From Hydrolagus affinis (lineage: Eukaryota), in the NCBI GenBank assembly GCA_012026655.1, contig JAAILG010001868.1:1-61000 (forward strand): a DNA stretch of 61,000 nt, written 5' to 3'. The position numbers were made by a program, and so were the translations under genes. Positions 14,050-26,600 of the stretch are shown here, in pieces (the stretch's first letter is position 1; every line of letters starts with the position of its first letter). The notes beneath the pieces were generated by a model. It was not told the DNA's origin. It saw only the letters and a program-made list of their open reading frames with translations, and searched no databases.

Positions 14050-14735
14050 TTCAGGTGGGTCAGCCAGACCAATAACACTGCCAAGTTACATATGACTGGA
14101 AGTTACTTTTCTTCATATGCTTGAACTTCCTATAATAGATACTTTTTGCAGGAGGTGATATATTGTCAAACTTTTTATGAATTGTCATTAAGTCACTGTT
14201 GCACCAATAATTATAGGAATTACGCTTGTATGCTTGTACCACATGCGTTAGCATTCAATTTGTAGCAATATATTACCTGATCTTCTCTCTATTTCCTTAT
14301 TTTGTATATTGTAATGGCATTGGATGGCCACATCAATAATATTGTATGTACAATCTAGTTGTTTTTAATGATAGTACTGTATCTGGTTTATTACAGATTA
14401 ATGTTCGATCTGTATGTGCTTGTAAATCCCAGATAATTGTGATTGTTTAAAATTTTACTTTTGCTGGTTAATGTTAATACCAGTTTACATCAACATTACA
14501 GTACAATATTTATAAATATCCAGTGGATATAATTAGCCACATTGTTATATCTGAATATGGTGACAATATGGTGTCTACTGTTTCTGGTGTTTGATGACAT
14601 GTTTGGCATTTTGCATCAATATTTCTCTTTAAACTGTTATTTTCATGATAACGGGTAGAAATAGCTTGATCTCATACTGAGATTATCAGAGCTTCTGTTT
14701 CAGCTCTCAATCATGGTTAGTCACTGACTCGTTTG
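14050..14735 (-). mobile_element. Decayed R4/Dong-like non-LTR retrotransposon C-terminus (Zn knuckle plus restriction-like endonuclease)
   Basis: Manual minus-strand translation across frameshifts: LRAETEALIISV*DQAISTRY..KCQTCHQTPETVD..RYNNVANYIHW..IIWDLQAHTDRTLICNKPD..IIDVAI..NIQNKEIE..VIPIIIGAT. Confidence 0.8.
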
Positions 14736-17372
14736 TTGGTCTAAAACTATTTGGTTCATTAGATTTATCCATTTCTCTCCACTTTTCCTGTACTTGTGTA
14801 GGTAAGATATGATCAATATGAACAAATCTGAGTTTGCCACTTTCAAACATCCTGACCAAATAGATGTGCAGTCCACGTACTTTCACTATTCTTCCTGGTA
14901 CCCACTTTACCCATTTGTGATGATGGTTCTTCACTTTTTGGTTTAACTCCAGCTTTCTGTCTTTCACCCTACCTCTATCATGGTTCTCTCTCTGTCTCTC
15001 CTGTTTTCCTTCTATCGTTTGTGCTAAGTTGTGTTTTAACAATGAAAATCTTGTTCTCGGGTGTCTTTTTAGGAACAACTCAGCCAGTGTTCTGCCTGTA
15101 GTGGTGTGAGGTGTGTTACGATACGTTATCAGAAAGTTGGCTAGTTTGTGAGGCAATGATAATTGACTTTTCCTTGGGTTTGCATCTAGCATTTGCTTAA
15201 TTAGCGCATGTTTGACAATTTGCACTGTGCGCTCTGCAGCACCATTCGAAGCTGGATGATATGCAGGTACTCTAGTGTGCTTCACGCCATTCTTTTTCAA
15301 GCATTGCGCGAACTCTTCTGAACAGAACTGTGGTCTGTTGTCAGACACGATTTCCTCTGGAAATCCATATGAAGCAAACAACCCTCTCAAAATATCCAAA
15401 GTTTTGCTAGATGTTGTTGTGTTCATCGGAAACACCCCAACCCACTTGGAATGACTATCTATCACAAAGAACAACTGCTGTCCATTTAGATCTGCAAAAT
15501 CTATGTGTAACCTTTGCCACATTCTGGCTGGCCATTTCCATGACTGTAATGGTACTGGTAGTGGACTCCTTCCAACTGACTCATATACCCTACACTGTTT
15601 TACTGTGTTTTCAATATCGTTATCCAACCCTGGCCACCATAGGTAGCTTCTAGCTCGACTCTTGGTCAGACACATCCCTAGGTGTTGATCATGAAGATGA
15701 CCCAACAACTGTACTCTGTAGCTTTCAGGGATTACCACTCTAGCTCCCCACATGACACATCCTTGGTCATTTGACAATTCATATCTCCTAACAAAGTATG
15801 GCCTAATTTCTTCTTCTGTCTCAGTTATATGACTAGGCCACCCACTGACAATATAGTCATGCACCTTGGATAAAATCCTGTCCCTACGAGTTGCTTTGCT
15901 GATGTCACTTGATGTGACTGGCAGCTCTTCAATATGGGAAAAATAGAACACATCTTCCCTGTTGGGTTTCATTTCTGATGCTAAGGGTAACCTCAACATT
16001 GCATCGGCATTACCATGGTCTGCTGACCTAACGATATTGTATGTCATACTGGTATGCTGACACGACCATCTTTGCATTCTGGCTGCTGCTAGAGTAGGTA
16101 CCTATGAATTTGGATTTAGGATGGCTGTCAAAGGTTTATGGTCTGTTTCAATGATGAACTTGCAACCATACAAGTATTTGTGGAATCTCCTAACTCCGAA
16201 AATCAATGCCAAAGCTTCTCTCTCTATTTGGGCGTAGTTTTTCTCACTACTACTCAGGGTTCTAGAAGCGAAAGCTATCGGTCTCTCTTCCCCTGTTTCT
16301 AACACATAAGAGATAACCTCACCAACCCCATATGGGGAGGTGTCACATGCTAGCTTGATTGTCTTTGTGACATCAAAGTGTACCAGCATTGTACCATCTA
16401 CTAGCTGTCTTTTACACAACTTGAAAGCCTGGTCACATTCATGTGTCCATTTCCATGGTACATCTTTCTTCAAAAGCTCATTCAAGGCATGTATAAAGGT
16501 TGCCAAATTTGGAATGAATTTTCCATAATAATTCAACAATCCCAAGAATGATCGTAGCTCAGATGTGCTTCTGGGAATGGGCACGTTCCTGATCGTCTCA
16601 ACCTTACTCTGGGTTGAGTGCAACCCATCTTTGTCTACCTTGTGCCCTAGGTACTCTACAGACTCTTTAAACATCTCACATTTGTGAGCCTTGATACGTA
16701 CTTGGTGTTTCTCTAACCTTTGTAATACCATGTGTAGCCTTTCATCATGATCCTGCCTATATGCTGCAGATGAGCATGTCATCAAGGTAGCATATTACCC
16801 CATCGATTCCCTCTAGAATCTGAGTCATGACTCCTTGGAAAATTCCTGGGGTCAATTGATGCAATGCCAAATGGTAGCCTATTGTATTGATACAGGTCCA
16901 TATGAGTGTTGATAATCAAGTACCCCTTTGACTTCTCATCTAACTCTAACGGTAAATAGGCGTTTGACAAGTCCATTTTAGAAAATATTTTGCCACCTAC
17001 CAATGTGTTGAACAAATCTTCTACATTTGGTAATGTGTCAGGTGGACTACACTCAAGAACTCGAATCACTGTTACCTTGCAGTCCCCACAGATTCTGATA
17101 CTACCGTTAGATTTTGGAACTACAACAATGGGAGTCGCCCAATTACTTTGTTGTACTTTACTGATAATGTTCTCTTGTTCCAGTCTTTTCAGTTCTTTTT
17201 CTACTTCTTCTCTCATTGTGTATGGCACTGGGCGTGGCTTATAGTGCACTGGCCTTGCTTCACCTTGCACTCCTACACTCACTTTGTATCCGCTGATGGG
17301 TGCACCAGATTCATTGAACACCGTCGGATGCTTCTTTATCACCTCTTCTTGTGTTGTGAACGAGATTTGCAC
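14707..17372 (-). pseudogene. Gypsy pol fragments (RT, RNase H, integrase)
   Basis: ORFs 16782-17372 (RT N-terminal half), 16102-16785 (RT C-terminal half and RNase H) and 14707-16077 (integrase) are consecutive broken pieces of one pol. Confidence 0.92.
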
Positions 17373-17578
17373 ATGGAAGATTTCTTGCTAATCTAATTTC
17401 AGTGATTTCATCCAATTTCTATCAAGTAATGCTGTTTTTTCTCCCTTCACCACAAGAATTGGCAAATCCACACATTGATTCTTGTATTTAACCGGAACAC
17501 ACACTCTACCCACAACTGGGATGATCTCTCCTCCATAGCTACGCAGCTCGACCCTTGCTGTTTGTAGCTTATTTTTGC

Positions 17579-18610
17579 TCAGCTTTTCTCGGTACAGTTT
17601 TCAGATACCACACTGACTGCTGCTCCAGTATCAAGTTCCATGATTACTGGGACTCCATCCAATGTTACTTGGACCTTCATGCCATGCGACTTGCTACTGG
17701 ACGCTTTTGTGTTGTAGATTGTGTTGATCTCCACTAGCTCCTCAGAGTCCTCGCTCTCCTGGTGTCGCTCAACCGTATGCAGAAACTGACGATTTTTCTT
17801 GACCGCATTCGTTCCCCTGGTCTTGAAACAAGCCTTCGCAAGATGCCCAGTCTTACGGCACGAATAACACTCCGCTTTCGTGAAAGGACAAGATTGTGCT
17901 GGATGAGAACCCAGACATCGATAGCATGACTTTGCATTATTCCAGCTACTCTTCCCTGGAGGTCGACTCACAGGTGCTTTGAATTTCGGTTTGCACACCT
18001 GCAGCTTGTTTACCTCCCCCACTGTTAGGCAATAGCTTGCTCGAACTTCTTTTGAATCTCTCTCAGCCATGTCCATAGATAAGGCAGTTTTACATGCTAA
18101 ATCAAATGTTAGCTGTGACATTGTCATTAATTTGCTTCGGATACGGCCGCTCTTCAGTCTGCACACAAACCTATCTCGTAACGCACGGTCCTGGAAATCT
18201 CCAAAATTGCAGTGTATCAACAGCTTTTTCAATTCTACGATAAAACTGCCAATGTTTTCATCTGGTAATTGACATCTGATACCAAATCGGTAACTTTCTG
18301 AAATCTCTAGTGGCTTTGGGTCATAGTGTTCTGTAAGCTTTTCAAGGATGTCCTTCAATGGTGTGTCCTTAGGCTTAGCTGGGGTTAAGAAATTCTTCAC
18401 TGTTTCATACACATCGGGACCCACTTCTGTCAGAAAGATTGCTGTCATTCTTTCTTGCACTGCTGTATTTACTCTTGCAGCATTATCTTCAGAAGCCTCA
18501 ATTTCAACAATATTATTGGCAGCAAAGAACATCTCCAACCACTCAATGAAAGCACTAAACATTTCCCGGCTTTGTTGAAACTCACCCTTTACTGGATTTG
18601 TAGCTCTCAA
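17579..18610 (-). pseudogene. Gypsy gag plus N-terminal protease ORF
   Basis: 343-aa ORF with capsid-like LRDRFVC segment, two CCHC knuckles and DTG protease motif; ends prematurely within the protease. Confidence 0.9.
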
Positions 18611-18714
18611 TCAAAACGAAAAGTCTTCACACACCTCTCCGCACTTTGTACAGTCCTTGTCCTACAAACAGAAATAGCTAGGGAATCCACTATCCCAATC
18701 CCTCGTAGCCAATT

Positions 18715-18827
18715 TGTGATATCTCTGGGACTACAAGTATCACACATGTTCACGCTCCGATGTTCTGGAAAACGACTGCACACATCATGTGGTTTATTTA
18801 CATTTATATACACTGGTCACTATCACA
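18715..18827 (-). repeat. Short 5' LTR (113 bp) of the Gypsy element
   Basis: Bounded by inverted TGTGATA...TATCACA. Minus strand carries TATATAAA (about 18803-18810) and AATAAA (about 18793-18798). Lies 3 nt from the PBS. Confidence 0.75.
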
Positions 18828-19787
18828 TTTTTGAGCTCTGACAAGTTGTCATTGTTCATCTATGACTCTTGACAGTGTTTGTTGAGAGATTACTGGGCTC
18901 ACCCAAGCCAAGATGCTGTCGTCCAGCTGTTATAATATACACCTTTCCCCAACTCTATCATCAATGGTTCAATACATAAAGCTCCCATTCATGTGGTACT
19001 GAGCCATTCAGACCCAGGAAACTTTTGATCATTTACTAGTTGGCTGATTCAGTCACTTCAATGGCAGGCTGGACAACAATTAACCTCATTCTCCTTGGGC
19101 TAGGGAAGTGATTTCTGCTCAAACTTGCGTGAGTGGATGTTGGGAGAGGATGGGAAGCAGGCTTGGCTATGATATTCCCCTTCCTCATTGTATAAGTTCC
19201 CTCAAAGAAGCTCTAAGGTAGGCTGTGGCACTTGTGGAAGGGAGGAAATTGGCAGAATAATGTTCTCTCAATAAAGGTGGGTGGGAAAATGTTTCCGATT
19301 TTGCATGTTTAAAAAGGTAAAATGTCTTCCCTACATAACTGAATATACAAGATAAATAGACTTAGTGTAAGATTATATGTAAAGTGTTAAAGCCTATACC
19401 AGTTTGTACAAAAACAAATTGAAAAATGTAACTGTTCTATGCAACCCAAATAAATAACAAAAGTCTTATTGAAGTAAGACTATAAACAATTTTCCAAATC
19501 TCACTTCAGACTTGATACCTCAGTACTGGAAGAGAATTATAGGAATCCTGAATGCCCAAATCTTGTACTAGATCATTTAGAAAGTGGATTGGCACATTAG
19601 CCACAATGCCAAAGGGAATGATGTCCCCAGTATTTCCTCCCAAATTGGCATTGGGCTGACCATACGGAAATCTTTACATTCCAGTCTGGTACAGAGCTGA
19701 CTGCTATAACCAATATTTACTTAGGAGAAATAAGAGCTTAAAATAGAAAAAAAAATTCTACATTTATAATGTAATCATCCTTGCATT

Positions 19788-20080
19788 TTGATACAGCACT
19801 TTTCAAATCTTCTAGACGTCTCAAAGTGCTTCACAAAATATACTGTAAAGTGAATTTAATGTATATTTGTGGACGAAACGTGGCAGCCAATTGCGCACAG
19901 CAGTTTCCCCCAGACAGTCGTGGATTAAATCACCATTTTTTTATTATGGGTTATTTTTGGACGGATTATTATTAGGCAGATAAAGAAACTTGCCCGAGGT
20001 TTCACCTTGAACTGCCTGGATTCGAAACACAGGTCTCATGTTTGTAAGGCGGGTACTCTAACCACTGAGGTACAGGACTC
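19788..20080 (-). mobile_element. tRNA-derived SINE, full length
   Basis: Same family; head and tail present. Confidence 0.88.
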
Positions 20081-20606
20081 CGCATTTCTGCACATTCAGG
20101 GTGTATATTTGAAGCAAACATTACAGTTTCTGTTCCAGGGCTTGAGCAAATTCATTCATGAGGTATGTGGAGGGATTCCAGTTTTGCTTTGTGTTTGCGA
20201 GCAAATAAACTACACAGAGGTCAATATTCTTGCAACAAAAACAGAGCCTGACAATAGGTTCCTTGTTGCATTGACTAAAGAGTTCTCATTAATACTCACA
20301 GCCATGAATCTGAACCAAATACAACTCGGGAGTTGTACAATAGCTTCACAACGGCTGCAGTTTGTAGAAGAGTACTGCTAACTCAATTACTTTGAGTTTA
20401 CCGTAGTTCATAGCATGTAAAATTATGTCCAAATTGTAACAATATTCTTCTTTGTTTACTGATACAAGTAATTTATTCTGGAATACTGTGCCACCAGTAC
20501 TGGCATCTCACCAATTAATCATTTTCTGGTTTGTTTTTTAATCCGACCAGGGGAAAAAAGGAAATCTGAAGACACACAAGTGAAAAACCAAGAGCCAAAT
20601 CTTTCA

Positions 20607-23600
20607 ATGAAAATGAATTACACTGATGAAGAAAATCTGTTCAACATCAGCTGGAATATATTCGCAAATGGCAGCATGACTCCAGCCTTAAATGTGACTT
20701 TGAATTGGATGGATGGACCAACTAGAAAGATTATAGATCAAGCTATCAACATACTTACCTCCCTTGTTTTGTGTTTTACAATGATGTCTCTTGGCTGCAC
20801 AATGGAGCTATCGAAAATCAAGAGCCATGTGTTGAAACCAAAGGGTGTGCTAATTGCTTTGTTAGCCCAGTATGGAATCATGCCCTTGACAGCCTTTGGA
20901 CTCAACAAACTCTTCAAGCTATCTTCCACCCAAACACTGGTAGTCCTCATCTGCGGGTGCTGCCCTGGTGGAGCTCTCTCTAATATCTTCTCACTGGCAC
21001 TGGATGGAGACATGAACCTCAGGTAGGAGACAATTTCCAATCAGTCAGTCAGTAGAACTGAGTTTAAGTTTCTTAACCTTAAACCTAAGTGACCCAGTTT
21101 TTATTTGTTTACAAACACATGGCGAATGAATGTGAGCATTTCCAAAATTAAAACTTTACCAACTAATGTTTTATCCCCTCCCACCCTCCACCACCCCCCA
21201 CAACCAACTAACCAATACATTGGCAGAATCTCATTCAAAAGGCTATTCTTTAAATTAGACATTAATTTACACCACAAGACTGAATACAGCAACAGTAGGA
21301 ATTACCATTATAATGATACAGTGAACAATTTGCTATTTTTAGCAGTCGGTGTATGATAGATCACAGTTTGAGCATGCATGCTATTTGACTATAACTATGT
21401 ATGGTTCTTGCATCTTACTTAAATAAATAAATATCTGGTCACTCATTCCACAACTGTGCACAGTCAATCAATTTTACAGTAGATTCTGTGAAGCACTTTT
21501 AGACGTCTTAATGACTTGTTAAGACGCTATGTCAAATGCAAGAATTATTATTACTCAAATCTTGTCCTTGCACAAACCAGAGGGCAGTGGATAGCAATCA
21601 AGAGGAAAGAACCGTGGCTGATCCTTCACTTTCCCTTGGATAGAGGTATCTAAAGACTCGAAAGCATCTATCATCCGACCAGTTGAGATCAACTAAATTA
21701 GCACAGATTTGCAATTGAATCTGGGATCTTCCTTATAGCTTGGCACCACACTGGGCATTGATTGCATTCATCAAGCGAGCTCTTGGTGAATTGGAGGGGT
21801 GAAGTGTATTTATTTTTAAAAATTGCAATCATTTAATTTGTATTCTTCTATTTTGTTTTGTAATACTCACTCCTATTAATTTAACAACTTTAGCTGTTTA
21901 GTTCTTGCAAAGACAATAGTTTTCATGCCTATGTGTTTACAGCTCAGTACACACAGTCACCTCTGGTTGCAATAATTGACCAAATTGCAGCAAATTGATG
22001 TGATAACAGCATGAAACCCTTTACAGTTTGGAAATGTTCCGTTACAATTAAATGCATGAAATAAAGCATGCAGCAGAAAATTACTGAGCTGTCACAGGTG
22101 AGTCAGAAGCTCACTTAACTGGAATTGATTCTTTTAACACCACCACAAACAAAAACCATGAGTTTCTTATTCACTTTTTTGAAAGGTCACATCATCACTG
22201 CAGAAACAAAATACATCAGTCCTGGAGAATTGAGTGGGAAGAAAGTCTTGTACATCGCTTCTTCTTGTAACATTTCAAATTGTTCATAGTATTTGATTTA
22301 ATCTTTATTAAGTATTAATAATATTTTTTGCACTTGATTATAATCCTTTCATGGAGGGAGGAGATCTCAGAGAGCTTAACAAGGGTTACTATAAAGAGTA
22401 GTCATTGGGTATTTTATAAGTGAAGTAGGTGTAGAGCTATGTCCCACAAAAAGCCATGGAGTGAGTGAACAATTTTATCTGGGGGTATTGTTAGCTGGAA
22501 CACTCCCTTTTTTAGTAAGTAAACTAGATCTTTTCCTGATGTTGAGCTGTCAGTAAAGAGCAAACCAAGAGGCCTTGAAGCCTGACTGATTTGGTCCTCT
22601 CTCTTCCCAAAGGACACTGAAGAAAGCTCTAGCAGTCTTCCCAGCCGCCAACTCCTCAATGACCAAAATGAAATCCTGTGTCTAGTCCCTGTTTATTGCA
22701 TTTACCTTTTTATGGACCTGGGTTCCTGTTGTAAAGTCAGCAAAATTTTAGAAGGGCAAAATCTAAGTTTGTAGCACATTTTGTATGTTTAGCTTTTTTA
22801 AATCCAGCAATACCCCCAACACATTACTTTCGAGTTCCCAAGCCCTTGGCGATTGCCAACATGCACCTACTGTTTGCCAGCCTGGCTCAATCACTCTCAC
22901 CTCCATGTCAAAAAGCTGTGGGTTCAAATCTACTTTGGGACTTGAACTCACATAGTGTAAGGTGCACTCCGATCCCGTGTTAGGGTGTGATGCATTGTCG
23001 GAGGTGCCGTCTTTCTTTTCAGATGTTAAACCAATTGTCTTGCCCAGATATCTGCCTATTCAGATGGGCACTGTACCAAATACAAGGATTCATATTAATT
23101 TTGTCAGAATTGGGTGAAGCAGTGTGTGTTCTTCCAGTGTGAGATTGCACATTTCAATAACGGAAATTTCCACATTAGATGGCATGGATAACGTAAAGTT
23201 CTTATTCTGATTTGTGTCCTCTTAAGCAAGGTGATGGGTTTCCAAATGTGTCAAGAGACCAGGCCGACCATATATTACAGCTGAGTATAATCCAGCTGTA
23301 GAAACAGTACAGTTGTGATCGGGAGTGAGATTTCTTGCACTGCTCACATCGCCACCCAGTGGAGACTAGGAATATTATTTTTAAGTCAACAAAATCTAAA
23401 TGTTTTCTCATACTTAATCTCATTTGGATAACAATTATAGCATCTAATATTCAATTGCTCATTTTAAAACCCCGACATGAAAGCGATCTAATGAATGTAA
23501 TTTTGTCGTTGTTGTGCTGTAATATATAAGCAATGCTGAATGTAAAAATGCGTACAATATGCTATCCTTCCCAAATGACAGAATAAAAGTTCCCAATAAA

Positions 23601-26600
23601 TTTATTCAGCCCCTTTATAGTGGCTTCATTACAGAGACTGGTACTGTTCTATTGACTTTTCTCAAACTAACTTTGAATGGCCTTTTTCCTAATGGTATCT
23701 TTTTTGTTCTTGCAGTATTGCGATGACTGGGTTATCCACAGTGCTGGCTTTGGGAATGATGCCTCTGCTTCTCAGCGTGTACAGTCGAGGCCTGGCATTC
23801 ATTCCTAAGGTCCCATATAAAGGAATCATCATTACCCTGGCCTTAATGCTCATTCCTTGTGGCTTTGGCATCTTCCTCAATTACAAGTTTCCGAAGCACT
23901 CAAAGACTATTACTAAAGTAAGATGCTTGCCGGGATTGTGAAATTCTAGAGCCTGAGTTTATTTTCTACTGGTTAATAGAGGCAAACATGAGCTTATTTT
24001 TTTCTCAACCTAATTACTTAAAACAATTTGATCTGATGGTATTTTCTCAAAGTTATTTGTCAGATGGGAAATGGAGAGGTTTGAAAAGATTAGGATATCA
24101 ACTTTCTGTATTTTTTCTCAATCTATGTTTGAATTAGGAATGTCCTCCCAACATGAAAGGTGCTCTATAAATGTAATTTTGTTGTTGTTGAATTGGGATG
24201 TCATTTTGAGCTCCCACTAAGGCCCAGCAGATACAGCCCCTAGGGGAGTCCCAAGAATGCTTCCTCACATAGGAACGGAGTAGGCTATTCAGTCCCTGTT
24301 CATCCATTTTAATAACAACAACTTTGATTTATATACCGCCCTCCACGCGGGCCGGCGCCTCAGAGTGCTTTAATAGATCATGGCTGATTCGTACCTAACT
24401 ACAAAATACCCACATATGCCTTGATATTCTTACCTAACAAAAAATTATTCACCTCAATCTTGAACTTAAAGGGATCCAACATCCATTGGCTTTGGGAGAG
24501 TTCCAGATTTCCACGTTTTGCTTGGAAAAAACGCTTCCTGGTTCCACTCCTAAATGGCCTAGCTCTAATTTTAAGATTTTCCCTTTTCTGGATTCCCCCA
24601 TCACAGGAAATAGTTTCTCTCTCCAGGCTATTTTACCTGGGGGCTCAAAATTAGAGGCAGTAGAATTCACAATACAGTAGATTTAAAGTATCAAGCTTCT
24701 CGGGTTGAGCTACAATTGCAATCCATGGTTTCTTTGTTTGTAAGAATTTAATAATAATATTGCCTGTTTTTATTTCAAGGTTGGACTGTTAATTGCCCTC
24801 ATCTTGATCGTAATAACTGGTGTTCTATCAGGAATGTCAAATAAGATGTCTCTCTGGATGCTAGTCTCCCCACAACTAATAGGCATCTCAGCACTGATAC
24901 CTTTGATTGGATACAGTTTGGGATACACCCTCTCAAGTTTATTCAGGTTATCTGAAAGGTAAGGACTATAATAAGTATTTCATTCTCAGTTGGAATATGA
25001 ACAATTTTACTTTTGTTTGGGATTAATTGTGTTTTTCTCATCTTTTACAACGTCAGCCATGGAAATAAAAAGGTAAAATGCATGACTTTAAGTAGGCATG
25101 AATTATTGACCAACAGGGCAAAGCCTTGGGCAAGTTTTCTTACTCTAGGTGCCTCTACTTACCTAGCAGTAAGTAAGAACCTGGTTGTTAGTCGATTGAT
25201 GGATCACTTTCTGGGGATAATAATCCCTTCCAAACAAATAACTACTTTAGTCACTCAATCCACGATTGTCCTTGGGATCCTGCCATGCACAATTGGCTGT
25301 CGTGCTTCAGCCACAAAATATAATGTCAATTCACTTCATACTACCGTGAAGCGCCTTCAGCTGTTTCAACGACATAAGGCACTATATAAAATGCAAGAAT
25401 TATCATTATTCATAGAATACTCAGTAACTTCTATTTGTTATTTTTATCTGTGTAACACTTCATCTAGAAGATATTATCGTATCATGATCCCAAAAATGTT
25501 TTGCAGATGCAAACGGACAGTAGCTATGGAAACTGGATGCCAAAATATTCAACTGTGCCTTACCATCCTGAAAGTCTCTTTTCCTTCAGAGGATGTTGGC
25601 ATTCTTTACTTATTTCCATTAGTCTTCCTATTCTTTCAAATTATAGAAGCAGTTATTTTCATCGCAATCTATCGGGCCTATAAAAGAACAAAGAAACCTG
25701 CTGAAAAATGTAAGTTACCAATTCAAACTACGTGACTCACATGCAAGTCCTATCGATGAGCAGATTCACCAGTTGGTGCTTGTACTGAGCCTAGCCTACA
25801 GTGGTCATGGGTTCAATGCTGAAGTGAGGTAGCTACTGTCAGATCTGTTAACCAAGGTGTCAGTGTAGCTTTATGCATTTGTTGGGTGCAAACAACCAAG
25901 ACGATATCAGGTATCAAGGTATGTTAATTATAAAATAATAATAATAATAATCCTTGTATTTGATACAGTATAGCACTTTTCATATCTTATCAACGTGTCA
26001 AAGCGCTTCACACAATATACTGCAAAGTGAACTGACTGTATATTTGTGGGAGAAATGCGGCAGCCAATTGCGCACAGCAGATGAGAAAATTTTTGAGAAA
26101 AGTGTAATTAATTTTACCCACAAAATACACAGTGAATCCTGTCAAGCGCTTTGAGATGTCTCAACAACACGATAGAGTGTTATATCAAATGCAAGGATTA
26201 CTATTATTTGCAGTAAAGGGTTAAGGAAATCATGTTTGCTCTGTGGGAACAGAGGCTTGAACTTGACTTCACTGTGTTTTCCAAATCCTGACAAAGTTTA
26301 TTTAGCCAAATTGTTTTCTATTAGCAGAGTCCAATTGTCAACATCACAAGTTAAAAATTAGGAAACTTAGAAAATAAGTTGCTTTAGAGAATAAACTTGT
26401 GTAATAAGTTACCAGTCAAGGCCATTGAGGTAGGAAAGTTAGTTAAGGCCCAACTACACGTTACACAGAGAGAGGGAAATTATGGACAGTTTGGTTGTTT
26501 GAGATCAATCAAACAGGGGCAACCTTGTTGATGCTCTTCTTATGCTTCTGTGCATAAAAGCTTGTTTGGTACATTTGCTGATAACTGATCATTTGTTCCT

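Larger units (their letters stand above)
14735..18827 (-). mobile_element. Degenerate Ty3/Gypsy LTR retrotransposon (Mag-like), 3' end missing
   Basis: Domain order gag (double Zn knuckle CYRCLGSHPAQSC..CYSCRKTGHLAKAC), protease (LDTGA), RT (WATPIVVVPK..IRICGD; CYLDD near 16790), RNase H (LACDTSPYG), integrase (RLHIDFA..IVSDN..PASNGAAER). Broken by frameshifts and stops. PBS TGGCTACGAGGGAT at about 18698-18711. Confidence 0.95.

Noticed and set aside
25013-25506. N-terminal part of the 240-aa ORF
   Set aside because: Intronic SINE sequence that happens to be in frame with SLC10A1 exon 4.
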